From Octopus vulgaris (taxonomy: Eukaryota), in assembly GCA_951406725.2 (NCBI GenBank), contig OX597814.1, forward strand, positions 17,794,001-17,858,000: a stretch of 64,000 bases of DNA. Reading direction: 5' to 3'. Shown piece by piece: positions 45,221 to 57,334 of this stretch; the first letter of the stretch is position 1, and every line of letters begins with the position of its first letter. The position numbers and the translations under genes are program-made. The notes beneath the pieces were generated by a model. It had not been told where the DNA came from and ran no database searches. It saw only the letters and a program-made list of their open reading frames with translations.

Positions 45221-45407
45221 CTTCTATGTCGTATGTGTTCCCCAGCTGTACGGGATGCCAGTCCATCGCAGCGTTACTCATTCTTGCCAGCTGAGTGGCC
45301 TGGAGCAACGTGAAATGAAGTGTTTTGCGTCGCCCGCTCCAGGAATCGAAACCACAATCTTAGGATCATAATCCTGACACCCTAATCACTAAGCCACGCA
45401 CCTCCAC
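45221..45407 (-). mobile_element. SINE head B + tail 2 (partial)
   Basis: Reverse complement gtggaggtgcgtggcttagtg...ttcacgttgctccaggccactcagctggcaagaatgagta followed by ctgcgatggactggcatcccgtacag. Confidence 0.8.
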
Positions 45408-45636
45408 TTTTATACTCTTTACTCTTTTACACTTTTACTTGTTTCAGTCATTTGACTGCGGCCATGCTGGAGCACCGCCTTTAGTCGAGCAAATCGACCC
45501 CGGGACTTATTCATTGTAAGCCCAGTACTTATTCTATCGGTCTCTTTTGCCGAACCGCTAAGTGACGGGGACGTAAACACACCAGCATCGGTTGTCAAGC
45601 AATGCTAGGGGGACAAACACAGACACACAAACACAC

Positions 45637-45683
<47 letters not shown>

Positions 45684-45838
45684 TACGACAGGCTTCTTTC
45701 AGTTTCCGTCTACCAAATCCACTCACAAGGCATTGGTCGACCCGGGGCTATAGCAGAAGACACTCGCCCAAGATGCCACGCAGTGGGACTGAACCCGGAA
45801 CCATGTGGTTGGTTAGCAAGCTACTTACCACACAGCCA
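45408..45838 (-). mobile_element. SINE family D, young-looking copy
   Basis: Near-complete match to 39102-39500 in reverse; actctttt-type tail repeats. Confidence 0.9.
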
Positions 45839-45849
45839 GATTCTATAAT

Positions 45850-46390
45850 ACATGTTAAATATATTGCTTTTATTTTTAGTTGTTATCAAATTAAATTTTT
45901 CCTAATTTTCTCAACGGCATTGCTTATGCAGTTGCCTTCTGTTTGTAATATATATATAGTGAGGGCGCGTGGCTTAGTGGTTAGGGCATTCGGCTCATGA
46001 TCGTAAGGTTGTGAGTTCAATTCCCGGCGACGCGTTGTGTCCTTGAGCAAGACACTTTATTTCACGTTGCTCCAGTCCACTCAGCTGGCAAAAATGAGTT
46101 GTACTTGTATTTCAAAGGGTCAGCCTTGTCACTCTCTGTGTCACGCTGATTATCCCCGAGAACTACGTTAAGGGTACACGTGTCTGTGGAATGCTCAGCC
46201 ATTTGCACGTTAATTTCACGAGCAAGCTGTTCCGTTGATTCGGATCAGCTGGGACCCTCGTCGTCGTAACCGACGGAGTCTTTAAAACATGTTAAATATA
46301 TTGCTTTTCTTTTAGCTGTTATCAAATTTAATTTTTCCTAATTTTCTGAACGGCATTGCTTATGCAGTTGCCTTCTGTTTGTAATATATA
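45850..46390 (+). repeat. ~104-bp direct repeat pair (45850-45954 and 46287-46390)
   Basis: acatgttaaatatattgc...gccttctgtttgtaatatata occurs twice; 4 substitutions and 1 indel by eye. Confidence 0.95.
45959..46283 (+). mobile_element. tRNA-derived SINE, head B (CORE-like gtgtccttgagcaagacac block) + tail 1
   Basis: A box tggcttagtgg, B box gagttcaattccc; tail shared with 51025-51412; flanked by a ~104-bp direct repeat. Confidence 0.9.
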
Positions 46391-46447
46391 ATTTTGTCTT
46401 ATCTAAATATCTCTTTATCTCTTTATGTATTCCTTCATATTTTGCAG

Positions 46448-46650
46448 GAGATTCGGCACGAAATGCGCAGGGTGTTCACAGGGTATCTCACCCAATGATT
46501 TGGTTCGGAGAGCACGTAGCAAAGTCTTCCATCTCAAGTGTTTCACATGTATGGTTTGTCGAAAGCAACTATCAACGGGAGAAGAACTATATGTACTAGA
46601 TGAGAACAAGTTCATTTGTAAAGATGATTATTTACACAGTAAATTCTCAG
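46448..46650 (+). CDS. Lhx1/5: Internal coding exon encoding the LIM2 domain of a LIM-homeobox transcription factor (Lhx1/5, Lim1 class)
   Basis: Translates as (R)[67 protein letters not shown]: a complete LIM zinc-finger pattern closely matching Lhx1/Lhx5 LIM2 as I recall it. Pyrimidine tract plus tttgcag acceptor ending 46447; donor CAG|gtgaga at 46650/46651; phase 2 in, phase 1 out. Confidence 0.95.
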
Positions 46651-46820
46651 GTGAGATCCTTTCTATATTTACTATTTTTGTTCTACCTTGAGCTTATTTA
46701 TTTATTTTTTTTTGGCGTACAATACAGTTCGATTTCCTGTTTGCTGATTTAAATATTTGTACCTTGTCCGCTTATCTCCCTTATCTCTATCATCACCCAT
46801 TAATTTGTCTGTGTATGTGT

Positions 46821-46877
<57 letters not shown>

Positions 46878-46984
46878 GTATAAGCGCATAATTTTTTCTT
46901 TTATTCTCTACTAGTTACAGTCATTGGATTGCAGCCATACTTTGGCACTACCATGAATAGTTTAGTCATGCGAATCGACTTCGT

Positions 46985-47372
46985 TACTCTCTTTTACTTG
47001 TTTCAGTCATTTGACTGCGGTCATGCTGGAGCACCGCCTTTAGTCGAGCAACTCGACCCCGGGACTTATTCTTTTTGTAAGCCCAGTACTTATTCTATCG
47101 GTCTCTTTTTGCCGAACCGCTAAGTTACGGGGACGTAAACACACCAGCATCGGTTGTCAAGCAATGCTAGGGGAGCAAACACAGACACACAAACACACAC
47201 ACATATATATATACGACAGGCTTCTTTCAGTTTCCGTCTACCAAATCCACTCACATGGCATTGGTCGGCCCGGGGCTATAGCAGAAGACACTTGCCCAAG
47301 ATGCCACGCAGTGGGACCGAACCCGGAACCATGAGGCTGGTTAGCAAGCTACTTACCACATAGCCACTCCTG
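46985..47372 (-). mobile_element. SINE family D, young-looking copy
   Basis: Near-complete family match; older D fragments flank it (about 46895-46980 and 47380-47620). Confidence 0.9.
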
Positions 47373-48574
47373 TTTTAAATTTGGTACTTACCCTCTCGTT
47401 GTATTTATGGGGATATAAACAAACTGACATTGGTTGCCAAGTAGTGACTGGGCAAACGCAAAGACTCCCCCATACATACACACATTATGTGTGTATGTGT
47501 GTGTGTGTGTCTGTGTGTGTGTATACGTATATTACTACGGACCTCTGCGGTTTCCGATTACCAAACTCACTCAATGTCTCGGTATACAGTAGAAGACAGT
47601 TTTCCAAAATCCCACGCTTTAAAACTGTACTACAAACTGTACTACAAAGCTGGGATAAAGACGGGCTAACTGTTTATCGGCATACAAGTTTTGTTCCAGA
47701 AACTCACAACGTGTTGCCCATTCGTCACTGTCAGTATCTTAAACACGTGTTCGTTGTGTGCATGCGTCAACGTGTTTGTGCATAAGTATGCGTCAGCGAA
47801 CTGCGCGATTGTGCTTACGCCAATGCATTATAACTGAACAGCTAACACTGATGATGTTTTGTTTTCATTTTATTTTATTTTATTTTATTCTATTTTATTT
47901 TAAATTTACTTTCTTTTTCATTTTAGTCCTATAACCTTCTCGTTTCATACAATACATAAAAGTTTAACCCAATCTTTTATTATTGGTCATTAACCCTCTT
48001 AGATGACACTTTCATTCGAGATGTTTTTTAAATGAGACACTTGCATTGAGCAAGATAACGTATAATGATGAACACCACACATCTTTCTAGCCCAAAGTGT
48101 TCAGTTTCGAATTTCCGACTCTTTATTTCGCACCAAAAGTTGTTCTGTGCCACCAACCCCGCTCTAACTTTTCCCAAACGCTATTAATGAGCAGCTGCGG
48201 ATAGATTCAGTATCATTTCTTACCTTCGATAGCATAGCAATTAAATTGTATCTCTCTCCTCCTCTCCTTCATAGAGTTCTCCTGCTCCTGCCACTTCATC
48301 TTTTTGTTTTGTGGTTTATCTTTTTTTTTTTTATTATTCCTCATTTTTCATCCTTTTTTTGAAAATTTTTACTTACATTATTTTCATCTGTTTTCCCGCT
48401 TTTTTTTTTGTTTTTAATCGTTTTCTTTCTACTTATCTTCCATCTCCTCCACTTGTTCTTTTACAAAACTCTCTTGCTATTTTCTTGCTTTTTGCCTCTC
48501 TTCGCATTTCTTCTTCCCATCAACCTTGTCTTTATTCCATCCGTTTTCTTTTCTGCGAAACGTAACTGCTTGTT

Positions 48575-48750
<176 letters not shown>

Positions 48751-48787
48751 GCATACATACATATGCACATACATATATATAAATAGG

Positions 48788-48820
<33 letters not shown>

Positions 48821-48978
48821 ATGTATGTATATATATATACGAATATAAACAAGAAGGGTAGTAGTATATTTACTACCAGGTGCCCAGCATCATCAGCGAG
48901 TCGCCTAAATTTAATCGAGGTCTGCAGCGATGTGGGACCGCAGTAAAATTCTTCCCTTCTTGTTTACTACCCTAATTC

Positions 48979-49054
<76 letters not shown>

Positions 49055-49304
49055 ACACACGCACACACATACACACATATATATATTCATATATATAATG
49101 TATGCATTCATTTTTTAGAAGTTTCTACAAAATGTAATCTACCGACACTCGCTTGCGAGTATAGTTTGATATCGTGTACCATGGTTTCGGTAATTGTTTT
49201 AGTTGCCCAATTACTAGCAATGAAACACAGACCCCTGTCTTCGCTCTCTCAACTATGACCAATAGGAACAAGTGAGTTGTGACAACTGGAAGGTAGAAAG
49301 CTAC

Positions 49305-49420
49305 ACTAACGTGAAATAAAGTGTTTTGCTCAAGGTCTCTTCACGCTGCCTGGTTCGCGAATTAATCTCATAGTGATATGATCATGAGCCGATCATCCCA
49401 ACCACCAGGCTAATCGCCTC
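49305..49420 (-). mobile_element. Diverged SINE head B remnant
   Basis: aacgtgaaataaagtgttttgctcaagg...gatcatgagccga matches head B in reverse. Confidence 0.6.
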
Positions 49421-50532
49421 TACCGATGAGGAGAGAGTAGATTGTAACCGAAATTTTAGCTCATACCTTAAGTTTTCGTGCAACTGCTCCTAATCAACCA
49501 TAGACATGGCTGAATATTTAATAAGCAGACTCATCAGCAATTATGGTTGACCAGCGCCATCTGCACGAAACATTTAGAAACAAGGGCATAATCTAGTTTA
49601 TGAATACGCAATTATAAGCATGTTTTTGTGTGTGTGTGTGTGTGTGAGTATGTGTGTGTGTCCTTGTGTGGGAGGGTGCGCGTGTGGGAGGGTGCGCGTG
49701 TGTGAGTGTGTGTGCGTGTGTATGTGTGTGCGTGTGTGAGTGAGAGAGATTTGGTGCTAATGTAAGAATGTGTTAGAGTTGGTCATAGTGATACCAGTAT
49801 AGTTATCTTCATTGTGATACCAATGTATGGAGTGTTAATTATGATGATAGTAACACCAATGTAATGGGTGTTGATTGAGATATTTGATGATGTAGAAATA
49901 AAGTCGATACTGACTACGATTTCGGCATCATAATCATCACCGCCACAATTAAAAGAGATACAAAACATGGGGTTTTGTGGTGTTGTTCTGATATCGAATG
50001 CCATTGTCTTTTAGAGAAATAAGTCTAGAGCTTACAGAAGCAGTACTGAGAGTGTTGATATCGATAGAACGGATAATGAGGAAGTTAAAAGTGTTGGTGG
50101 TGATGATGTCTGCGAAGGTCGAGGTAGATCTGACGTCAGAGCAATGGCGATTGTTTTGACGGCAGCGCTGTCGGTTGTTGATATTAGTGGAAGAAAGCAC
50201 TAGTGTTGCTGGTGTTATTGTTGACGTTCATGATGGTGGTGAATGTAGTGGTAGCGTTTGAGCTGTGGAATGCGCTAAAGACTATTTTAACTGTATATTA
50301 AAATACGTATTCTGAACTGTTCAGCTTCATTAGAACATAAGCAGTTCGCTGTGTGAATCTAAGTGGATCGAAAGAGGAGAGTAGAAGATGGAGAGGAAGA
50401 AGAAAAACCAGGAGGATATGCGGTAATGGCTACTATTTTGTTGATACTCGATATGGAATTTTCTACGTACTGTCCTCAAAGGTTTGGTTCTTGTGGCCAA
50501 TAAAAGAAATTACTTTCAGTATTATTAAGGAG

Positions 50533-50640
50533 GTGAAGGCGGCGAGCTGGCACAATCGTTAGCACGCCGGTCGAAATATTTAACGGCATTTCGTCCATCT
50601 TCACGTTCTGAATTCAGATTCCGCTGAGGTCGTCTTTGAG
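50533..50640 (+). mobile_element. SINE family C, 5' half, cut off by an A-family SINE
   Basis: aaggcggcgagctggcacaatcgttagcacgccgg...gaggtcgtctttg. Confidence 0.8.
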
Positions 50641-50641
50641 T

Positions 50642-50984
50642 GTGGAGGCACAATAGCCCAGTGGTTAGGGCAGCGGACTCGTGGTCGTAGGATCGCGGTT
50701 TCACTTCCTAGACCGGGCATTGTGAGTGTTTATTGGGCGAAGACACCTAAAGCTCCACAAAGCTCCAGCAAGGGGGTTGGTGGCAAACCCTGCTGTATTC
50801 TTTCACCATAACTTTCTTTCACTCTTTCTTCCTGTTTCTGTATTACGCTAAATCTCCCCGAGAACAACGTTAAGGGTATACGTGTCTGTGGAGTGCTCAG
50901 CCACTTGCACGTTAATTTCACGAGCAGGCTGTTGTGTAGATCGGATCAAATGGAACCCTCGTCGTTGTCGTAACCGACGGAGTA
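50642..50984 (+). mobile_element. SINE head A + tail 1, with internal deletion
   Basis: Homologous to 51025-51412 but lacks the gtacctgtatttcaaaggg...cactctctg segment. Confidence 0.85.
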
Positions 50985-51024
50985 CCACAATTGCGGTGGT
51001 TATCGATATTGTTACGTAGCTGAC

Positions 51025-51412
51025 GTGGAGGCGCAATGGCCCAGTGGTTAGGGCAGCGGACTCGCGGTCGTAGGATCGCAGTTTCGATTCCCATACCGAG
51101 CGCTGTGAGTGTTTATTGAGCAAAAACATCTAAAGCTCCACGACGCTCCGGCAGCGGATGGTGGTGATCCCTGCTGTACTCTTTCACCACAACTTTCTCT
51201 CACTCTTACTTCCTGTTTCTGTTGTACCTGTATTTCAAAGGGCCGGGCTTGTCACTCTCTGTGTCACGCTGAATATCCCCGAGAACTACGTTAAGGGTAC
51301 ACGTGTCTGTGGAGTGCTCAGCCACTTAAACGTTAATTTCACGAGCAGGCTGTTCCGTTGATTCGGATCAACCGGAACCCTCATCGTCGTAACCGACGGA
51401 GTGCTTCCATCC
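51025..51412 (+). mobile_element. tRNA-derived SINE, head A + tail 1, full length
   Basis: A and B boxes; 11-bp TSD acgtagctgac at 51014-51024 and 51413-51423. Confidence 0.92.
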
Positions 51413-52015
51413 ACGTAGCTGACATTTTAGTTGTCTGTATTTTCTTCATATTTTTTTGATAACATTATTATTATTATTATTTTTAAAACTTATTTCCTTG
51501 TTCCTTCATTGATTTTTCGTTATCCTCTAGTCGTCGTTATAGTTCGCCTTTCTGTTTCTCCTCTTTTTCCACTTCCACCAAAGCAGACTTAAGTATCGAA
51601 CGACGAGGCAAAAAAACAAAACAAAAAAAAAACAAAAGCAAAAACAGTAACAACAACAACAACAACAATAATAATAATAAACTAATCAAGGAGAAAATGA
51701 TAAACCAAACTCATAAACACACCAAATAAGCCCAACAAATTATAATGCAAAGAATAAAAGTCACGTATTCTTTCAATCCAATCCACCAAATAACCGTTTG
51801 AAAGGACTAATTGACCATAACATGATTTTAATGTGAGCAGTCCAGCATTCAAGGCAGTCTTCAGCCATCAAGTTTTTCTTCCTTTCTTTCTTTCTTTCTT
51901 TCTTTCTTCCTTTCTTTCATTCTTTCTTTCTTTTTGTCTTTCTTTCTTCCCGTCTTTCTTTCTTTCTTTTTTCCTTTCTTTCATTCTTTCTTTCTTTTTG
52001 TCTTTCTTTCTTCCC

Positions 52016-52067
<52 letters not shown>

Positions 52068-52683
52068 TCGTTCTTTCGTTCTTTCTTTCTTAGTTCCCTC
52101 CTGTCTTTTGTCTCTCTTCCTTACCTTACTTCTTTCCTTCTGTCTTTCCTTCCGTCTTTCTTTCTTTCTTTCTTTCTTTTTTCTTTCCTCCTCTCATTCC
52201 TTCGTTCTTTTTTTCTTTTTTTTTTGCTTCTTTCTTTTTTTCTTTTCTCTTTCTTTCACTCTCTGCATCTCCCCACAACATACATTAATATAAACATACG
52301 TGTGTGTGTGTATGCATGAATGTTTGTGTGTATGCATTCAGGGAGATCAATAGGAGGAGACAGGGAGAGAGAGAAAGAAAGAGATGGAGAAGAGAAGGAG
52401 AGAGGGAGAAAAAGACTGAGCAAAGTAGAAAGACAGGAGAGAGAGAGAGAGGGGTGGTGTGAGAAAAGTATTTATTAATCAAAGTTAATAATCCTTCTCA
52501 CGCACTTTTTCATATTATAGAAACACGTACATAGGTATACATATAAATTGCATACGCTTTGTCTATATGCGCATGCGTATAGAAGGATGTGCTTCTTATA
52601 TTTTAGACTTTTTTCAAATCCCACCCCTATTGACTCCTCTAACAGCTGTTGCTGTTATTGATGATCCTCACACTTTACCGTTG

Positions 52684-52775
<92 letters not shown>

Positions 52776-52777
52776 TA

Positions 52778-52849
<72 letters not shown>

Positions 52850-53172
52850 GAGTGAGAGAGCAGTTCATGCCATCAAAGTGACACTGGGGTAAAATATACG
52901 AAGCCCAATATACCCATCATGACTACTCGTCTGATAAAGGTACACCAGGCACATGCATCACAACCATATGTGCGCGACATGGTGATCTCATATCAAGATA
53001 AACAGCACATGACCTTGCAGGTGGGGCCCAGTTAGAATTTTCTTCAGGTTGAGTAGCCCATCCCGCTCAAAAGGTCCCTGAATAAGGGCTGTTTAAGGAT
53101 GTTGAAAGAACCACCCATGTTTCCAGAGGTGAACTACTCAAACCCCAAAGAATCCCTCTCAACACATGGCTA
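52850..53172 (-). mobile_element. Non-coding retroelement E embedded in (TTA)n
   Basis: (tta)n on both sides (about 52687-52849 and 53173-53506); same 3' end as the 16566 and 36665 copies. Confidence 0.85.
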
Positions 53173-53325
<153 letters not shown>

Positions 53326-53368
53326 GTTATTATTATTATTATTATTAATATTATTATTATTATTATTA

Positions 53369-53399
<31 letters not shown>

Positions 53400-53406
53400 A
53401 TTATTA

Positions 53407-53506
<100 letters not shown>

Positions 53507-53508
53507 CT

Positions 53509-53735
53509 AAGGCAGCGAGCTGGCAGAATCGCTTGCGCACTGGACAAAAATGCTTAGCGGTATTTTGCAGGTCGCTACATTCTGAGTTCAAATTCCGCCG
53601 AAGTCGACTTTGCCTTTCATCCTTTCGGAGTCGATAAATTAAGTACCAGTTACGCAATGGGGGTCGATGTAATTGATTATCCCAACTCCCCGCCAAAATT
53701 CCAAGGCCTGGTGCCTTCAGTAGAAAGGATTATTG
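53509..53735 (+). mobile_element. SINE family C with the alternative (TTA-ending) tail
   Basis: C head and core followed by ccaaaattccaaggcctggtgccttcagtagaaaggattatt. Confidence 0.85.
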
Positions 53736-54212
53736 TTATTATTATAACTATCATTTTAATATCTTATTTTCCTTCTAATTTCTTCTCATTCTCTACCTCA
53801 TCCTTCTTCGTTTCTCTTTCTCTTGCACATTTTTCTTCTCTTTCTCATTCTTTGTATCTTCTGCCCATCCTTCCTGGATTTCGCCTCTCCATCACTCCCT
53901 CCACCACCACCACCACCACAACAACAACAACAACAACAACTACCTCAACTACTGCTGCTGCTTCGTAGACCTTCAGTGTAGTAATCTCTTCGATTTCATT
54001 TATCTTAACCCCCACCCGTCTACCCTCTTGCGATATCTTCCTAATCTTTACCAAACCCACCCGATTCATCTAACTTAAGCATCGCCGCCTGTTTTCAATG
54101 CTGTATTAAAGCTCAGCGTGTCAATAAGCAGAGGATTATCGTTGGAATGAACAACCCGGATCAAGGTACTTTGATCCCGTTATTGTCTTTATGGTTGTGA
54201 TTGCGTTTTGTC

Positions 54213-54213
54213 T

Positions 54214-54261
<48 letters not shown>

Positions 54262-54601
54262 CTAACGACGACGACGACGATGATGATGATGATGATGACG
54301 GTGGTGGTGGTGGTGGTGGTGTGATGATGGTGGAGGTGGTGGTGGTGATGATGATGATGATGATGATAATGGTGGTGGTGGTTGAGGTGATGGTGGTGGT
54401 GGTGGTGGTGATGATTATGATGATGATGATGATGGTGGTGGTTGAGATGATGATTGTGGTGGTGATGATGATGACGACAACGACGACGATGACGATGTCG
54501 ACGACGACGATGATGATAGCCGCTGTTGTGGTGGTAATAGCGATGCTGCTGCAGCCGCTGATGGTGATGATATTGATGGGAATGAGGAAGGTGATGATGA
54601 T

Positions 54602-54632
<31 letters not shown>

Positions 54633-54900
54633 ATGTTGATAATGATGAACGATGATAATGATGATGATGATGATGACGACGACGACGACGACGATGACGA
54701 CGATGATGATGATGAACATTGATAATGATGATGATGATGGCGATGATGATGATGATGATGATGGTGGTGGTAGTGGTGGTGGTGGTGGTGGTGAAGACAA
54801 GTAGGAATTTTGGAGGTGATGGTAATAGTAATAATGAATCTGCCATTGCTGCTGCTGCTGATGATGATGATGACGATGATGATGATGATGATGATGATGG
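54213..54900. repeat. Compound trinucleotide microsatellite (GAT/GAC/GGT mosaic)
   Basis: Continuous tgatga/gacgac/ggtggt mosaic; source of the spurious poly-D, poly-H and poly-S ORFs. Confidence 0.9.
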
Positions 54901-55452
54901 CGACTTGGTCGTGACACTCCGATCAGATCCCGATCGGGATCTATCACGCACAGCCAGACAACACTCCGTATGTGGTCAGAGTTTTTCGCGGCGTTGATTA
55001 ATGAGGTGTTAGTGCGGGTTGCCTATGTGGGCTTTCTTTCTCTTCCTCTCATTCCTCTCTCACTGCCTTCAACTTCTCACACTAATCCCCCACCTCTCAT
55101 TCACTCACACACACACTCTCTCTCTCTCTCTTTCTCCCTTCTCCTCTTCCTTTCTCCCGCTGCTATCATTCCATTTCCGTCTCTTCTGTCTATACCGTTA
55201 ACCCTCGCCCAAGGATCTAATCGAGAGTAAAAACATCCATCTTTGCTTAATTATATGCCCACACAAGCACTCTTCGTTCGTCTATTGCAGTCTCTTCCAA
55301 TTGTGGTTAATATCATTATCTATTTATTTGTTTATTTATTTATTTATTTATTTATTTATTATTGCTCAACCGACTGAGCTTTGCGATTGTCCCATTCATC
55401 CTTTGCTCTGATGGCAAATAAAAAAAACTCATCATCATCATCATCATCATCA

Positions 55453-55503
<51 letters not shown>

Positions 55504-55509
55504 TATTAT

Positions 55510-56100
<591 letters not shown>

Positions 56101-56162
56101 AATGTGAAAGAAGAAAAAATAAGCTTGCAGAATCGGTCAAAATGCATAGCAGTTTTGTTCAT

Positions 56163-56380
56163 GTTAGTTAGTTAGTTAGTTAGTTAATTTTTTGGCTCAA
56201 AAAGCAAAAAGCAAGGCCATGTAGGGGGACATGGAGTTATGTACAGGGTGGTGTTCATGTAAAGAGTTCAGGCCACTTGAGGTCAAGGGAGACTTTGAAC
56301 AAAGCGGTCGTCGGCATCTTCACCATCTCGTCTGGCAGCTTGTTCCACGGATCCGCAACCCGGACGGAGAAAGCCCCCTC
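56163..56380 (-). mobile_element. 3' end of a CR1-like LINE with (TAAC)n tail
   Basis: GAFSVRVADPWNKLPDEMVKMPTTALFKVSLDLKW* fits the CR1 ORF2 C-terminal FSxRVxxxWNxLP...FKxxLD motif; short UTR, then (taac)n at 56163-56186. Confidence 0.85.
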
Positions 56381-56580
56381 TCCTCCGATTGAGATGAAAT
56401 CGTCGCAGATAGAGCTTTTCTGCAGGGGGCGACTTTGCCTTTCAACCATTTATGGTCGAAATAATCGACGAGCTCCTTCCCTCAAAACTTCAGATCTTGT
56501 GCCTGCAGTAGGAAAGGATTAGTATTATTGTTGCCCGGAGAGAGAGAATGAGAGAAAGAGAGAATGAGAGAAAGAGAGAG

Positions 56581-56630
<50 letters not shown>

Positions 56631-57022
56631 AGCGAATGTAATATTGGCTAAATACACCCCTTGTGATTGGAAGGTAGGGATAGATTTATCTGTTTCTGTC
56701 TCACAGATTGGCTGACTGTATAGACTGTCTATTCTTGATTTTCTGGTGTTCATTAGGTGGTAGTGTCAATGACGTTTTTCTTGAAGTTGTGATAATAGTT
56801 CATGTGGTTTGAACCAGGTTATACCTGGCTGATCGAAAATATAATCGAAACTATTCCAGACACAATCATTCAATCTTTTATTCAGAAACAGTAACCCAAG
56901 ACTACAATATTTAATATTTTTCGCATGTTAAGCATGAAACCTGTGTGCTATGTCGAACATTTGGCTACTGTTCCTACCAAACCGAATCACCAGATACATG
57001 CTTCTTCGTTTACTTGTTAAAT

Positions 57023-57060
<38 letters not shown>

Positions 57061-57155
57061 ATGGTGGTGCTAATAGTGGTGGTGGTGGTGGTGGTGCTAT
57101 TAGTAGTGGTGGTAATGGTGGTGGCGGTGGCGGCGGCGGCGGTGGTGGCTGTGGC

Positions 57156-57188
<33 letters not shown>

Positions 57189-57267
57189 GGTTTTGGTGGG
57201 GGTGGTGATGGTAGTGGTGGTGGTGGTGGTGGTGGTGGTGGTGGCGGCGGCGGCGGTGGTGGTGGCT

Positions 57268-57334
<67 letters not shown>

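Noticed and set aside
45602-46000. Recurrent ORF peptides such as RQASFSFRLPNPLTRHWS and GTEPGTMWLVS at many loci
   Set aside because: Translations of SINE family D, not a gene family.
51025-51100. tRNA-like sequences at SINE 5' ends (also 1386, 38726, 45959)
   Set aside because: They continue into SINE bodies and are bounded by TSDs; not stand-alone tRNA genes.
54189-54997. Long poly-His, poly-Asp and poly-Ser ORFs (up to 252 aa)
   Set aside because: Open frames arise from a stop-poor trinucleotide mosaic; no domain content or convincing splice context.
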